Below are positions 35,416 to 43,671 of a stretch of DNA of 64,000 nt, one piece after another. Source of the DNA: Chloroflexota bacterium (lineage in GTDB: Bacteria > Chloroflexota > Dehalococcoidia > Lucifugimonadales > UBA2985); NCBI GenBank assembly GCA_028877205.1, contig JAPPHY010000003.1, positions 64,083 through 128,082 of the forward strand. Direction: 5' to 3'. Numbering within the stretch: position 1 is the stretch's first letter; every line of letters starts with the position of its first letter. The notes beneath the pieces were generated by a model. The model worked only from the letters and a program-made list of their open reading frames with translations, did not search any database and was not told where the DNA came from. A program made the position numbers and the translations under genes.

Positions 35416-35874
35416 CTAGAGCCGGTCCAGCTCCTCCAGGATCTCGCTGGGATTGGGCAGGCCCTGCGTGTACACCTTCTTGAACCGGATCACGCCCTCT
35501 TTGTCGATGATGATGACGGCGCGCATGGTGACGCCCCGCTCCTCGTTGTAGATGCCGAACAGCTGCGACACGTGGCCCTTGGGGTGGAAATCGGCCAGGA
35601 GTGGGTAGGGCAGGTTGCCCAGCCCCGTTGCGAAGGCCCTCTGCGTTGGTGCGCTGTCGACGCTCATGCCCAGAACCTGGGCATCCTTCTCCTCGAACCG
35701 GCGGTTCTCCAGCCGGAACCCGGAGCACTGGTGCGTTCAACCGCCTGTGAAGGACATGACGTGGGTCTGCAGGACCACGTTCTTCTGTCCCAGGTATTGG
35801 CTCAGGGTGATGTCCTCGCCCGTGTGGGAACGGAGGGTGAAGTCGGGCGCCTTATCTCCTACTTCTGCCGGCAT
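35416..35874 (-). CDS. AhpE-like 1-Cys peroxiredoxin with selenocysteine (in-frame UGA at 35739..35737)
   Basis: ATG at 35874 sits behind GGAGG. ORFs 35737..35958 and 35416..35667 are in the same frame. The joined product is MPAEVGDKAPDFTLRSHTGEDITLSQYLGQKNVVLQTHVMSFTGG-U-THQCSGFRLENRRFEEKDAQVLGMSVDSAPTQRAFATGLGNLPYPLLADFHPKGHVSQLFGIYNEERGVTMRAVIIIDKEGVIRF... The UGA falls where AhpE-type enzymes have the peroxidatic Cys (AFTGIC). Confidence 0.75.
35698..35723 (-). other. candidate bacterial SECIS hairpin
   Basis: The mRNA 13 nt after the UGA reads CCGG-GUUC-[CGGCUGGA]-GAAC-(CG)-CCGG. That is two 4-bp stems with a 2-nt bulge and an 8-nt G-rich loop. Folded by eye only. Confidence 0.4.
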
Positions 35875-36010
35875 GGGAGGCCTCCTGAAGTTGATGCGTG
35901 CATTATACCCGAACGGGCTGCCTCTTGCGATGCGGGGAGCGCGACACGCCCCGCTCACGCTCGAATCCAGCGCGGGCGGGGCGGTTCGTCAAATACCGTT
36001 GCGAGGCAGG

Positions 36011-37249
36011 TTAGGTGGTGGAGCGCTCGCTTCGCGGGTCCTTGGCCAGGCCCTGGGACGTGCGGTCGATTATGACTGCCAGGATGACGATGCCCAGGCC
36101 GGCCAGAAGGCCCTTGCCGAGCTCCAGCTGGGATATGCCGTCGAACACGGCGGTGCCAAGGCCCGGCGCGCCCACCAGTGCGGCTATCACCGCCATTGCA
36201 AGCGCCATCATGATGGTCTGGTTGACCCCGGCCATTATCGTGGGCCTTGCCAGCGGCAGCTGGATCTTTATCAGAAGCTGCCACGGCGTGGTGCCGAACG
36301 CCCTTGCGGCCTCAATCAGCTCGGGCGACACCAGGCGGATGCCCAGGTTCGTGAGCCTCATGGCGGGAGGTATGGCGTAGACCATGGTCGCCATAACCGC
36401 CGGGGACTTGCCGATTCCCAGGAAGAATATGACCGGGATGAGGTACACGAACGCCGGCATAACCTGCATCAGGTCCAGCATGGGCCGCATTGCGGCCTGA
36501 AACCGGTCGCTCTTGGCCATAACGATGCCAAAGGGGATGGCCACACCAACCGACATCCCGGTTGCGGTTCCGACGACGGCCATTGTGCGCATGGCGTCGT
36601 CCCAGAGGTCGAAGATCACAATGCCGGCCAAGCCTGCCACCGACATGACGGCTACGTGCGTGCCGCTGGTCTTCCACGCCACCAGGGCGACGCACCCAAT
36701 GGTGAGCCACCAGGGCAGCGCTATGAGACCTCTTTCCAAGGGGACCAGTATCTTGTTCATGCCGTTCCTGACCGACTGGAAGAATGGCCGCCACCGCTCC
36801 ACCATCCAGTCGACCCTGTCGTCCAGCCAGTTGTCCAGCCCGCCTGGGCGGACCTCCAGGCCCAGGACGTTCACTGAGAGCGGCTTCACGACCGTCTCCC
36901 GCTCGTTCACCATGACCTCCTGCCCGGGAGCGCGGAACGGGAACGAGTCCGCCGGGCCCATGATGGCAACCAGCGTGAACAGCGTCACCACCAGGCTGCC
37001 GGCGACTCGCCACGGCCAAGAGTTCAGCGACTTCAGGGTGTGCCACACTATTGCTCCCATGGCAACGACAAAGAGCCAGAGAAAGAGCCTCGGAAAGAAG
37101 TTCGTTATTGTGGGGCCCTCCAGGTGATTCCAAAGGTCCCAAATCAGGTAGGCGGCCACGACCGCAAGGCCGAATCGAAGCCCCCACTGGCGGAGAGGCG
37201 CTGTGCCGCTCCATGTTCGGACTGTGCTCATGCTACGAGGAATATCCAT
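36011..37249 (-). CDS. proW: glycine betaine/proline-type ABC transporter permease (ProW/OpuAB-like)
   Basis: The C-terminal half carries the BPD permease core (...AMRTMAVVGTATG...LIEAARAFGTTPWQLL...), behind an N-terminal extension of about 190 aa. ATG sits behind GGGAGGAAG. Confidence 0.85.
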   Translation of the reverse strand: MDIPRSMSTVRTWSGTAPLRQWGLRFGLAVVAAYLIWDLWNHLEGPTITNFFPRLFLWLFVVAMGAIVWHTLKSLNSWPWRVAGSLVVTLFTLVAIMGPADSFPFRAPGQEVMVNERETVVKPLSVNVLGLEVRPGGLDNWLDDRVDWMVERWRPFFQSVRNGMNKILVPLERGLIALPWWLTIGCVALVAWKTSGTHVAVMSVAGLAGIVIFDLWDDAMRTMAVVGTATGMSVGVAIPFGIVMAKSDRFQAAMRPMLDLMQVMPAFVYLIPVIFFLGIGKSPAVMATMVYAIPPAMRLTNLGIRLVSPELIEAARAFGTTPWQLLIKIQLPLARPTIMAGVNQTIMMALAMAVIAALVGAPGLGTAVFDGISQLELGKGLLAGLGIVILAVIIDRTSQGLAKDPRSERSTT

Positions 37250-37320
37250 GTCTTCCTCCCTACGCTGTCTGGCCGGATCGTCCGGGTTGTCATACTGCGT
37301 TCGAGTTCGCTATGGCGTCC

Positions 37321-38604
37321 TCAGCGTACCACGCTCTCGCGGCTTGCTTCTGCTGCCTGGTGGTTCCTGGCAAGGCTGGCCAGGAGGGCGGTCCTCGGAA
37401 TGACTCCCAGAAGTCTGCCATCCTCGTCCACGACGGAAATGGGATGCTCAGTAGCAGCCGCCAGGGGTACCAGGTCGTCAATCGAGGTCTCCGGCGGTAC
37501 TCGCGGGCTGGCTGCCGACTCAGGGTAGTCCAGGTCCTGCAGGCGTGAAACCCCCCTGCTGGCAGCCTCTGCCGCCTGTCCTGCTGTGATCACTCCCATG
37601 AAGCCATCCGCCGAGTCCACCACCGCCGCTATGTCCACGCCGGCTTCGCGCATGGCGACCAGTGCGGATTCCGGCGGCTGGGTTGCCAGCGCCTTGGCGG
37701 CCGGGTCTTCCATGATGCTGGCGGCTCCCATGAGGCGGGTCTTGGAGACGTCCCGGATGAAGTCCTCAACGTAGGCGTCTGCGGGCCTCTCCACTATGTC
37801 CTCGGGTGCGCCCATCTGAATGATCTTGCCGTCCCGCATGATGGCAATGCGCGTGCCGAGCTTCAGAGCCTCATCGAGGTCGTGCGTGATGAAGATTATC
37901 GTCTTCTGAATGCGCTGCTGCAGGTTGAGCAGCTCATCCTGCATCTCCCGCCGGATTAGGGGGTCGAGGGCGCTGAAGGGTTCGTCCATGAGGAGTATTT
38001 CGGGGTCCACGGTTAGTGCGCGCGCCAGGCCCACACGCTGTTGCATACCGCCGCTGAGCTCCGTGGCGAAGGCGTTCTCCCAGCCCTGGAGTCCCACGAT
38101 CTCAAGGGACTGGCGGGCGCGTTCGTATCGGTCACGCTTGTTCATGCCCTGGACCTCCAGGCCCCAGGCGGCGTTGTCGATAATGGAGCGATGGGGGAGC
38201 AGCCCGAAGTGCTGGAAGACCATGGCGGACTTGCGGCGGCGGAATTGGGTGAGCTCCTTGTCGTTGTACTTGAGGACGTCCTCGCCGTCGATCCAGATTT
38301 CGCCTGAGGTTGGCTCGATGAGGCGGATGAGGCATCGAATGAGCGTGGACTTGCCGCTGCCGGAGAGGCCCATGACCACGAAGATCTCCCCGCGCTCCAC
38401 GTCGAAGCTGACGTCCTGGAGCGCAATCACGCATCCCAGCTCGGCCTGTATGTCGGCCTTGGATCGTCCCTCGTACTCTGGCGTCATCACCCGCTCGGGC
38501 AACGGCCCGAACACCTTCCAGAGATCCCGCACCGAGATCCTGTTTCCGGTGATGTCGGGCGTTAAGATAGCTGCATCCGGCTGCTGGCCGTTCTCGCTGC
38601 TCAT
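37321..38604 (-). CDS. proV: glycine betaine/proline-type ABC transporter ATP-binding protein with tandem CBS domains (ProV/OpuAA-like)
   Basis: ATG at 38604 sits behind AGGAGG. Walker A GLSGSGKST, signature LSGGMQQRVGLAR, Walker B LLMDEPFSALD, and a CBS-pair tail. Confidence 0.9.
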   Translation of the reverse strand: MSSENGQQPDAAILTPDITGNRISVRDLWKVFGPLPERVMTPEYEGRSKADIQAELGCVIALQDVSFDVERGEIFVVMGLSGSGKSTLIRCLIRLIEPTSGEIWIDGEDVLKYNDKELTQFRRRKSAMVFQHFGLLPHRSIIDNAAWGLEVQGMNKRDRYERARQSLEIVGLQGWENAFATELSGGMQQRVGLARALTVDPEILLMDEPFSALDPLIRREMQDELLNLQQRIQKTIIFITHDLDEALKLGTRIAIMRDGKIIQMGAPEDIVERPADAYVEDFIRDVSKTRLMGAASIMEDPAAKALATQPPESALVAMREAGVDIAAVVDSADGFMGVITAGQAAEAASRGVSRLQDLDYPESAASPRVPPETSIDDLVPLAAATEHPISVVDEDGRLLGVIPRTALLASLARNHQAAEASRESVVR

Positions 38605-38789
38605 AATCAACCTCCTACCAGGGCTCGAGGTCTGACTCGCCAATCGAGGCCGTCCCCTCGCCGCTCCGTCGCTCCCTGCGACTCCCGAAACCGGTGAACC
38701 TGGTGGATCCGTGCCTCCGCCGGGTTCACTGCGGAGCGCCGGTCTGAGTGCGCTTCCACTTTACCCCCGGAGGCCGTACGTGGAAGGGG

Positions 38790-39398
38790 TCATGCCTGAG
38801 CGGCAACCCCTCCCATGAATATGCGCCACATCTCGGCGCGCCTCTCTGCCAGCCTGGGCAGGTAGCTGTTGAGGGCCCAGAGGGTGGCGGTGCTCTGCAC
38901 CAGCCCCAGGAAGGCCGTTGCCGCCGCCTGAACGTCCACGTCCGGCCTTATGCTGCCCTCGAGCTTGCCGTCTTCCAGGACCTCCTGAAGGAACTCAAGA
39001 TAGTGGGTGAGCATCAGCGCCACACGGCTCTGCAATCCAATGCCATCGAAGCCTGTGGCCTCCGAAATTATGATGAATGAAACGGCGCCCCGGCCCTCCA
39101 CGTCGCTGAGGTGGGCCTCCAGAATGCGTTCCAGGTTCTCCTTCGCGGGCGCATCCTCCACGCGTGCGACTCGGAGCGTGCCCATCAGGCTCTCTTCTAT
39201 GTCGTCGATGAGCAGCGTCAGGATCTCGCGCTTGCTCTGGAAGTGGCGATAGATAGCCCCCTCGGTCACGCCCACGGCCTCAGCTATGGCGTCAATTGTG
39301 ACGCTCTCCATACCCTCGGAGGTGATGAGGTCCCGAGCAGCGTCGATGATCTGACGCCGTCGTACACTGGTGCTCTGTCTGTCTATACGAATAGCCAT
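38790..39398 (-). CDS. TetR-family transcriptional regulator
   Basis: The HTH region is RRRQIIDAARDLITSEGMESVTIDAIAEAVGVTEGAIYRHFQSKREIL. Confidence 0.9.
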   Translation of the reverse strand: MAIRIDRQSTSVRRRQIIDAARDLITSEGMESVTIDAIAEAVGVTEGAIYRHFQSKREILTLLIDDIEESLMGTLRVARVEDAPAKENLERILEAHLSDVEGRGAVSFIIISEATGFDGIGLQSRVALMLTHYLEFLQEVLEDGKLEGSIRPDVDVQAAATAFLGLVQSTATLWALNSYLPRLAERRAEMWRIFMGGVAAQA

Positions 39399-39410
39399 GA
39401 ACTAATGAAA

Positions 39411-39426
39411 GTAAGCGTTTGCTTAC
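39411..39426. promoter_or_regulatory. palindrome; candidate TetR operator
   Basis: GTAAGC-GTTT-GCTTAC lies 13 nt upstream of the TetR start, in the divergent intergenic region shared with the Cache lipoprotein gene. Confidence 0.45.
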
Positions 39427-39645
39427 AAGATAGTCGCATGTCGCGTTATTGTCAACCCCCGCGTCAAACCCTGACTTGGCAGGCGCCTTCCTCCGCTGCA
39501 CCTTCGTGAAAGTTGACTGCATTCTCTACGCTCGTTTATGCTTTCCTTAGGGAACGACGGCAGAGTTGGCATACTCACTCCAGAGAAGGTTCTGATCCCG
39601 AACGCCGCTACACCCCAGCACCCCTTGTACAAGGAGAGAACCTCG

Positions 39646-40548
39646 ATGAACCGCAGAACCATTTTCACCACAGCCACTGCGGCACTCCTCCTGATGCTGC
39701 TCGCTATTCTGCCTGCCTGCGACACGGGCGAGCCGACGTCCGTTCCGGGAATGGACTCGGAGCGCGACGCGCCCCTCAAGTCAGACAACGACGCCTACAC
39801 CCAGCACTTCGTCAGGCAGGCCATCGACATGTACGAGTCGGACGGCCTGGATGCGACTCTGGAATACTACAACACCCAGGAGAGCGTGGACGGCCAGTGG
39901 TACCTGTTCATCTACAACGATGACGATATTGCGCTGGCGCACGCGGTTAATCCGGCTCTCGTGGGCCGCCCTGCGTCGGAGGCTGTAGGCCCCAACGGCT
40001 ACCCCGCGGGCGAGGCTATAGCAGCGGTCGCTGACGAAGCCGGGTCATGGTTCACCTACACATTCCCTAACCCGCAGACGGGCGCGTCTGAGACCAAGCA
40101 TTCGTGGACGGTGCGTCACGATGGGCTGTTCTTCGGCTCGGGCTGGTACGAGCCCGGCACGCCCAAGTACGACCCTCCCGCCTACACGCAGGACTTCGTG
40201 CGGCAGGCCATCTCCCTGTACGACGCGCTCGGCCGCGATGCCGCCGTCGATTACTACAATACCGAGGAGAGCGTGGACGGCCAGTGGTACGTGTTCATCG
40301 TCGGCGAGGACGGGCGAACGATCGCACACTTCAATCCCATGTTCATCGGACGGGACCCGGACGAGCGAATCGACGCCGTCGGGTACTTCTACGGCGACGA
40401 CCTGTTGGGCGCCGAGGAGTCCGGCCGGTGGATCACATACGTGCTGACGAATCCAGAGCAGGGCGCAGAGAGGCGGAAGCACACTTGGGCCGTGCTCCAC
40501 GACGGCCTGATCTTCGCCTCCGGCTGGTACGAACAGCGCGACACATGA
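39646..40548 (+). CDS. lipoprotein made of two tandem single-Cache (sCache_2-like) domains
   Basis: ATG at 39646 sits behind AAGGAGAG, with lipobox AILPAC. Two units of about 125 aa recur: YTQ(H/D)FVRQAI..Y(E/D)..G.DA...YYNT(Q/E)ESVDGQWY(L/V)FI...GW(F/I)TY...P..G....KH(S/T)W.V.HDGL.F.SGWYE. Confidence 0.65.
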   Translation: MNRRTIFTTATAALLLMLLAILPACDTGEPTSVPGMDSERDAPLKSDNDAYTQHFVRQAIDMYESDGLDATLEYYNTQESVDGQWYLFIYNDDDIALAHAVNPALVGRPASEAVGPNGYPAGEAIAAVADEAGSWFTYTFPNPQTGASETKHSWTVRHDGLFFGSGWYEPGTPKYDPPAYTQDFVRQAISLYDALGRDAAVDYYNTEESVDGQWYVFIVGEDGRTIAHFNPMFIGRDPDERIDAVGYFYGDDLLGAEESGRWITYVLTNPEQGAERRKHTWAVLHDGLIFASGWYEQRDT

Positions 40549-40603
40549 CGCGGGCTCTGTGCACAGGGCTCATTCTTGACGGCAAGTTGCCTAGACTCTG
40601 CAT

Positions 40604-41134
40604 ATGCAGGAAGCGGCCGGAATCAGCAAGCGCGTGAACGCCGGGACACTATCGATAGGTGCACGTGCGGTCCTGGTGGCATTAATCGCGGGACTCGCCG
40701 TAATGGCGGCCTGCACTTCATCGGAAGGCCTGGACGGGACGTCAACGTCCGCCGGTCCGCAGCCGGGCCAGCAGACCTTCGAGACGGTCTGTGCGGCGTG
40801 CCACGGAGCGGTAGGAGAGGGCCAGCCAAACTGGCACATTCGTAAGTCCGACGGCACTCTACCGGCTCCTCCGCTAAACGGCACGGGCCACACATGGCAT
40901 CACGCCGACGGCCTTCTCTTTCGGATAGTCAGCAAGGGCGGTGAGCTCTGGGAAGACCCGAGCCTGCCTGATCTCAAGAGCGGCATGCCCGGCTTCGAGA
41001 TGCAGCTCTCCCGCGAGGAGATCATCGCCGTCCTCGAGTACGTCAAGAGCCTCTGGGTGGACAGGCAGGCCCGCGGCGTGTCCATAGTGGAGCACCAGTC
41101 CCGCATCAGCGAGGCAGACCCGTTTCCTCAGTGA
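40604..41134 (+). CDS. membrane/lipid-anchored class I c-type cytochrome
   Basis: Lipobox-like LAVMAAC, heme motif CAACHG, and a distal Met in KSGMPGF. Confidence 0.8.
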   Translation: MQEAAGISKRVNAGTLSIGARAVLVALIAGLAVMAACTSSEGLDGTSTSAGPQPGQQTFETVCAACHGAVGEGQPNWHIRKSDGTLPAPPLNGTGHTWHHADGLLFRIVSKGGELWEDPSLPDLKSGMPGFEMQLSREEIIAVLEYVKSLWVDRQARGVSIVEHQSRISEADPFPQ

Positions 41135-41264
41135 ACAAGCCTTCGCGAAGCCGAATTCGACGTCAACAGACGAAAGGGCGCTTGCTATAATGTCGCCCGC
41201 CGGCGTCCGCGGTGGACTAACTCGTGGGAGTGGACGCGGCAGAGGACACGTGACCGAAAGCGAT

Positions 41265-42020
41265 ATGCGTAAGCGAAGCGGGACGCAGGCCGCGCCAAAG
41301 CTGCACGACGTTCGCCTCGGCGGCGACACCATCCGCTTTGAGCTGCGGCGCAGCGCCCGTCGCACCAGGACCATCAACATCAGGGTGGAAGGAGACCGTG
41401 TAGTCCTGGCAGTGCCCGTCCGCACGCCCCTTAGCGAGGCGCGTGACATCGTACGCAAGCGCGCGACCTGGATCCTGGACCATCTCGCCAGGACGCCGGT
41501 ACAGCCACCACAGCTGCTGGTCGAAGGCCGCGGCGAGCTGCCGTTCATGGGTCGGAGCGTTCCAGTGATGGTCGAGCCTTCGGCGGTACGCTCGGCGGCG
41601 GCGCGGCTGGTCGATGACACACTGCGCGTCAATGTGCCGCCTGCACTCGACGCCGAACTGCGCGACGAATCCGCGAGGCACGCGGTCGTCGAATGGCTGC
41701 GAGTGCAGGCGGCGGAGAAGCTGCCGGTTGAAGTGGAGCGGTGGTGGCCCAGGCTGGGCACGGGAGAGCATGCGCGCGTACGTATTGGCAATCAGCGTCG
41801 GCAGTGGGGCAACTGCTCTGCGGAGGGCGTCATTCGCTTCAGCTGGCGTGTGATGATGCTGGAGCCGGAGCTTATCGAGTATGTGGTGGTGCACGAGATG
41901 GCGCACCTCACGCGGATGGACCATTCGAAGGAATACTGGGCGCTGGTGGCGCGCGCGATGCCGGACGCTGCGGACCGGCGGCGAAGGCTGCGGGAGGTGC
42001 AGGACACGCTGCCGCTGTGA
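41265..42020 (+). CDS. YgjP-like (DUF45, M48-related) metal-dependent hydrolase
   Basis: WGNCSAEGVIRFSWRVMMLEPELIEYVVVHEMAHL...HSKEYW is the typical DUF45 C-terminal HExxH block. Confidence 0.8.
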   Translation: MRKRSGTQAAPKLHDVRLGGDTIRFELRRSARRTRTINIRVEGDRVVLAVPVRTPLSEARDIVRKRATWILDHLARTPVQPPQLLVEGRGELPFMGRSVPVMVEPSAVRSAAARLVDDTLRVNVPPALDAELRDESARHAVVEWLRVQAAEKLPVEVERWWPRLGTGEHARVRIGNQRRQWGNCSAEGVIRFSWRVMMLEPELIEYVVVHEMAHLTRMDHSKEYWALVARAMPDAADRRRRLREVQDTLPL

Positions 42021-42035
42021 GGCGGCGATGGTCTG

Positions 42036-42811
42036 TCAGGCGTGGTCAGGCGTGCAGTACACCATCTCCATGGGCAGGCCGCGTGAGTCGCGCGGCGGCA
42101 CTGCCGGCAGGGTGGCGAGTGTTCCGCGGCCACTCTTCCAGAGCCAGCCTGTGACCGCAGCCGCGAGCGCGTCTAGTATGTCGTCTCTGGCAACCTGGCT
42201 TCGACTTGTGCCATCAATCATCTCTAGGAACATGCTGCGAACCGGTGGCAGGCGGTGTCCAAGCACGCGGAGGCGTTCATACTCACCAGGCCGCTCATCC
42301 TTGCCAAGCCGCTTCTTCTTGTTGTGGCTCATCGGCTTCCCCTCGTTCAGCGCCCAGAAGCAGACCTCTGGGTGCACCTCCCGAATCGGCGGTCGCGGTG
42401 CCCCTATATTGGCAGTAAGCAGGGTGTCTAATTCCGCAATCTTGCGCGCGATATGAAATGACTGCTGGCTGAGGCCCCTCTCGGCAAACTCTCGCTCTAT
42501 GCAGGAAGCAGCCTTGTAGCTGTTGGTGCACATTGCGACTCGCGCTGTCAGGCGCGTTGGTGTAGTGAACACGCTTGAGGCTCTGCGCTTCAGAACACAA
42601 CGCGCCTCATCATCACACGCACGGCGCGTTCCGTCCTCTGACAGGCCGATTGGCATGTCCACGAACACTAGCTTTGCGTCTGAGTTGCACTCCAGCAGCT
42701 TCTCGAAAGTCTTGAACACGCCGCATCGGACGAGGCTGCCATTCCAGTCCAGCGCTACGCTGAACAGCCGGCCGGGCACCCGTCCACGCCAACGAACACG
42801 CTCTGCGACAC
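42036..42811 (-). pseudogene. DUF429 (RNase H-like fold) gene with an apparent 1-nt deletion near codon 15
   Basis: GTG at 42811 sits behind GGGAGGA and gives VSQSVFVGVDGCPAGCSA-stop. The long ORF (42036..42779) continues in the +1 frame as ...FSVALDWNGS. Restoring one G (GGCTGTTC to GGCTGGTTC) yields GVDGCPAGWFSVALDW, the DUF429 N-terminal consensus. Confidence 0.6.
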
Positions 42812-42985
42812 GTGGTCCTCCCTTCCCAATTCCTCGAACTAGTCGGCGAGCTCATCATATCACGTATGGGTAGCGTTCCCCTCGCGCTACAATTGACGGC
42901 GGAAGTCTGCGCCGTTACAATGATGTATCTCTCGTTGCACGGGCGGCCGGAACGGTCGAATCCGTGCCAAGGTGACGACGAACGA

Positions 42986-43543
42986 ATGAGAATCGGCCTG
43001 ATCTCGGATACGCACACCCCGGGAACCGGCAAGGAGCCGCCCCCGGAGGTTGCAATGGCTTTCGAGGGCGTGGACCTCATCCTCCACGCGGGCGACATAT
43101 ACATATCCTCCTGCCTCGACTGGCTGGAGCGCATTGCTCCCGTGACGGCGGTTGAGCTTGGCTCCAAGGCCCACTTCGAGGATGACCCGCGCGTAGAAGA
43201 AAAGCGCGTGTTCGAGCTGGAAGGCTACACCTTCGCAATGGTGCACGACCTCATCATACCCGGCATGGGTGGTGAGGTGATGCAAGGCACCCTTCCGCGT
43301 CAGTTCACATCCGAGGGCAGCCTGCCCAAGGCGCTGGAGGGCGTGTTCGGCGCACCCATCGACATCGTGGTATTCGGCCACACTCATCACGCCGTGATTG
43401 AGAAGCACCAGGGCGTCCTGCTGGTCAATCCCGGCAGTCCCACGCTGCCAAAGCAGGTGCGCCGCCTAGGCGAGGTGGGTATCCTGGAGCTTACGCCAGA
43501 GGGCCCGGAGGCCACCATAGTAAATTTGACAGACTATCGGTAG
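42986..43543 (+). CDS. YfcE/MJ0936-family metallophosphoesterase
   Basis: MRIGLISDTH...ILHAGD...VVFGHTHH...NPGS is the calcineurin-like motif order. Confidence 0.85.
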   Translation: MRIGLISDTHTPGTGKEPPPEVAMAFEGVDLILHAGDIYISSCLDWLERIAPVTAVELGSKAHFEDDPRVEEKRVFELEGYTFAMVHDLIIPGMGGEVMQGTLPRQFTSEGSLPKALEGVFGAPIDIVVFGHTHHAVIEKHQGVLLVNPGSPTLPKQVRRLGEVGILELTPEGPEATIVNLTDYR

Positions 43544-43671
43544 CACGCAGTATAGCCAGGGCCGGGCCGGCACCACCACCTCCTCAGCCGGCGGTCGCAC
43601 GGCAGATCATCGGCGAGACACAGCCGCCATTCGATAACCCGAAACAACACATCTCGGCAGGAGGTGAGAGA

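Noticed and set aside
34810-36877. Two ~420-aa + strand ORFs spanning trmI, the peroxiredoxin and proW
   Set aside because: They are antisense shadows, rich in Arg, His, Gly and Val with no motifs. The minus strand carries three well-supported genes.
38694-38729. GTGAACC-N22-GGTTCAC inverted repeat in the 185-nt gap between tetR and proV
   Set aside because: The arms are only 7 bp with a large loop and have no similarity to the GTAAGC palindrome upstream of tetR. That is insufficient to call an operator or riboswitch.
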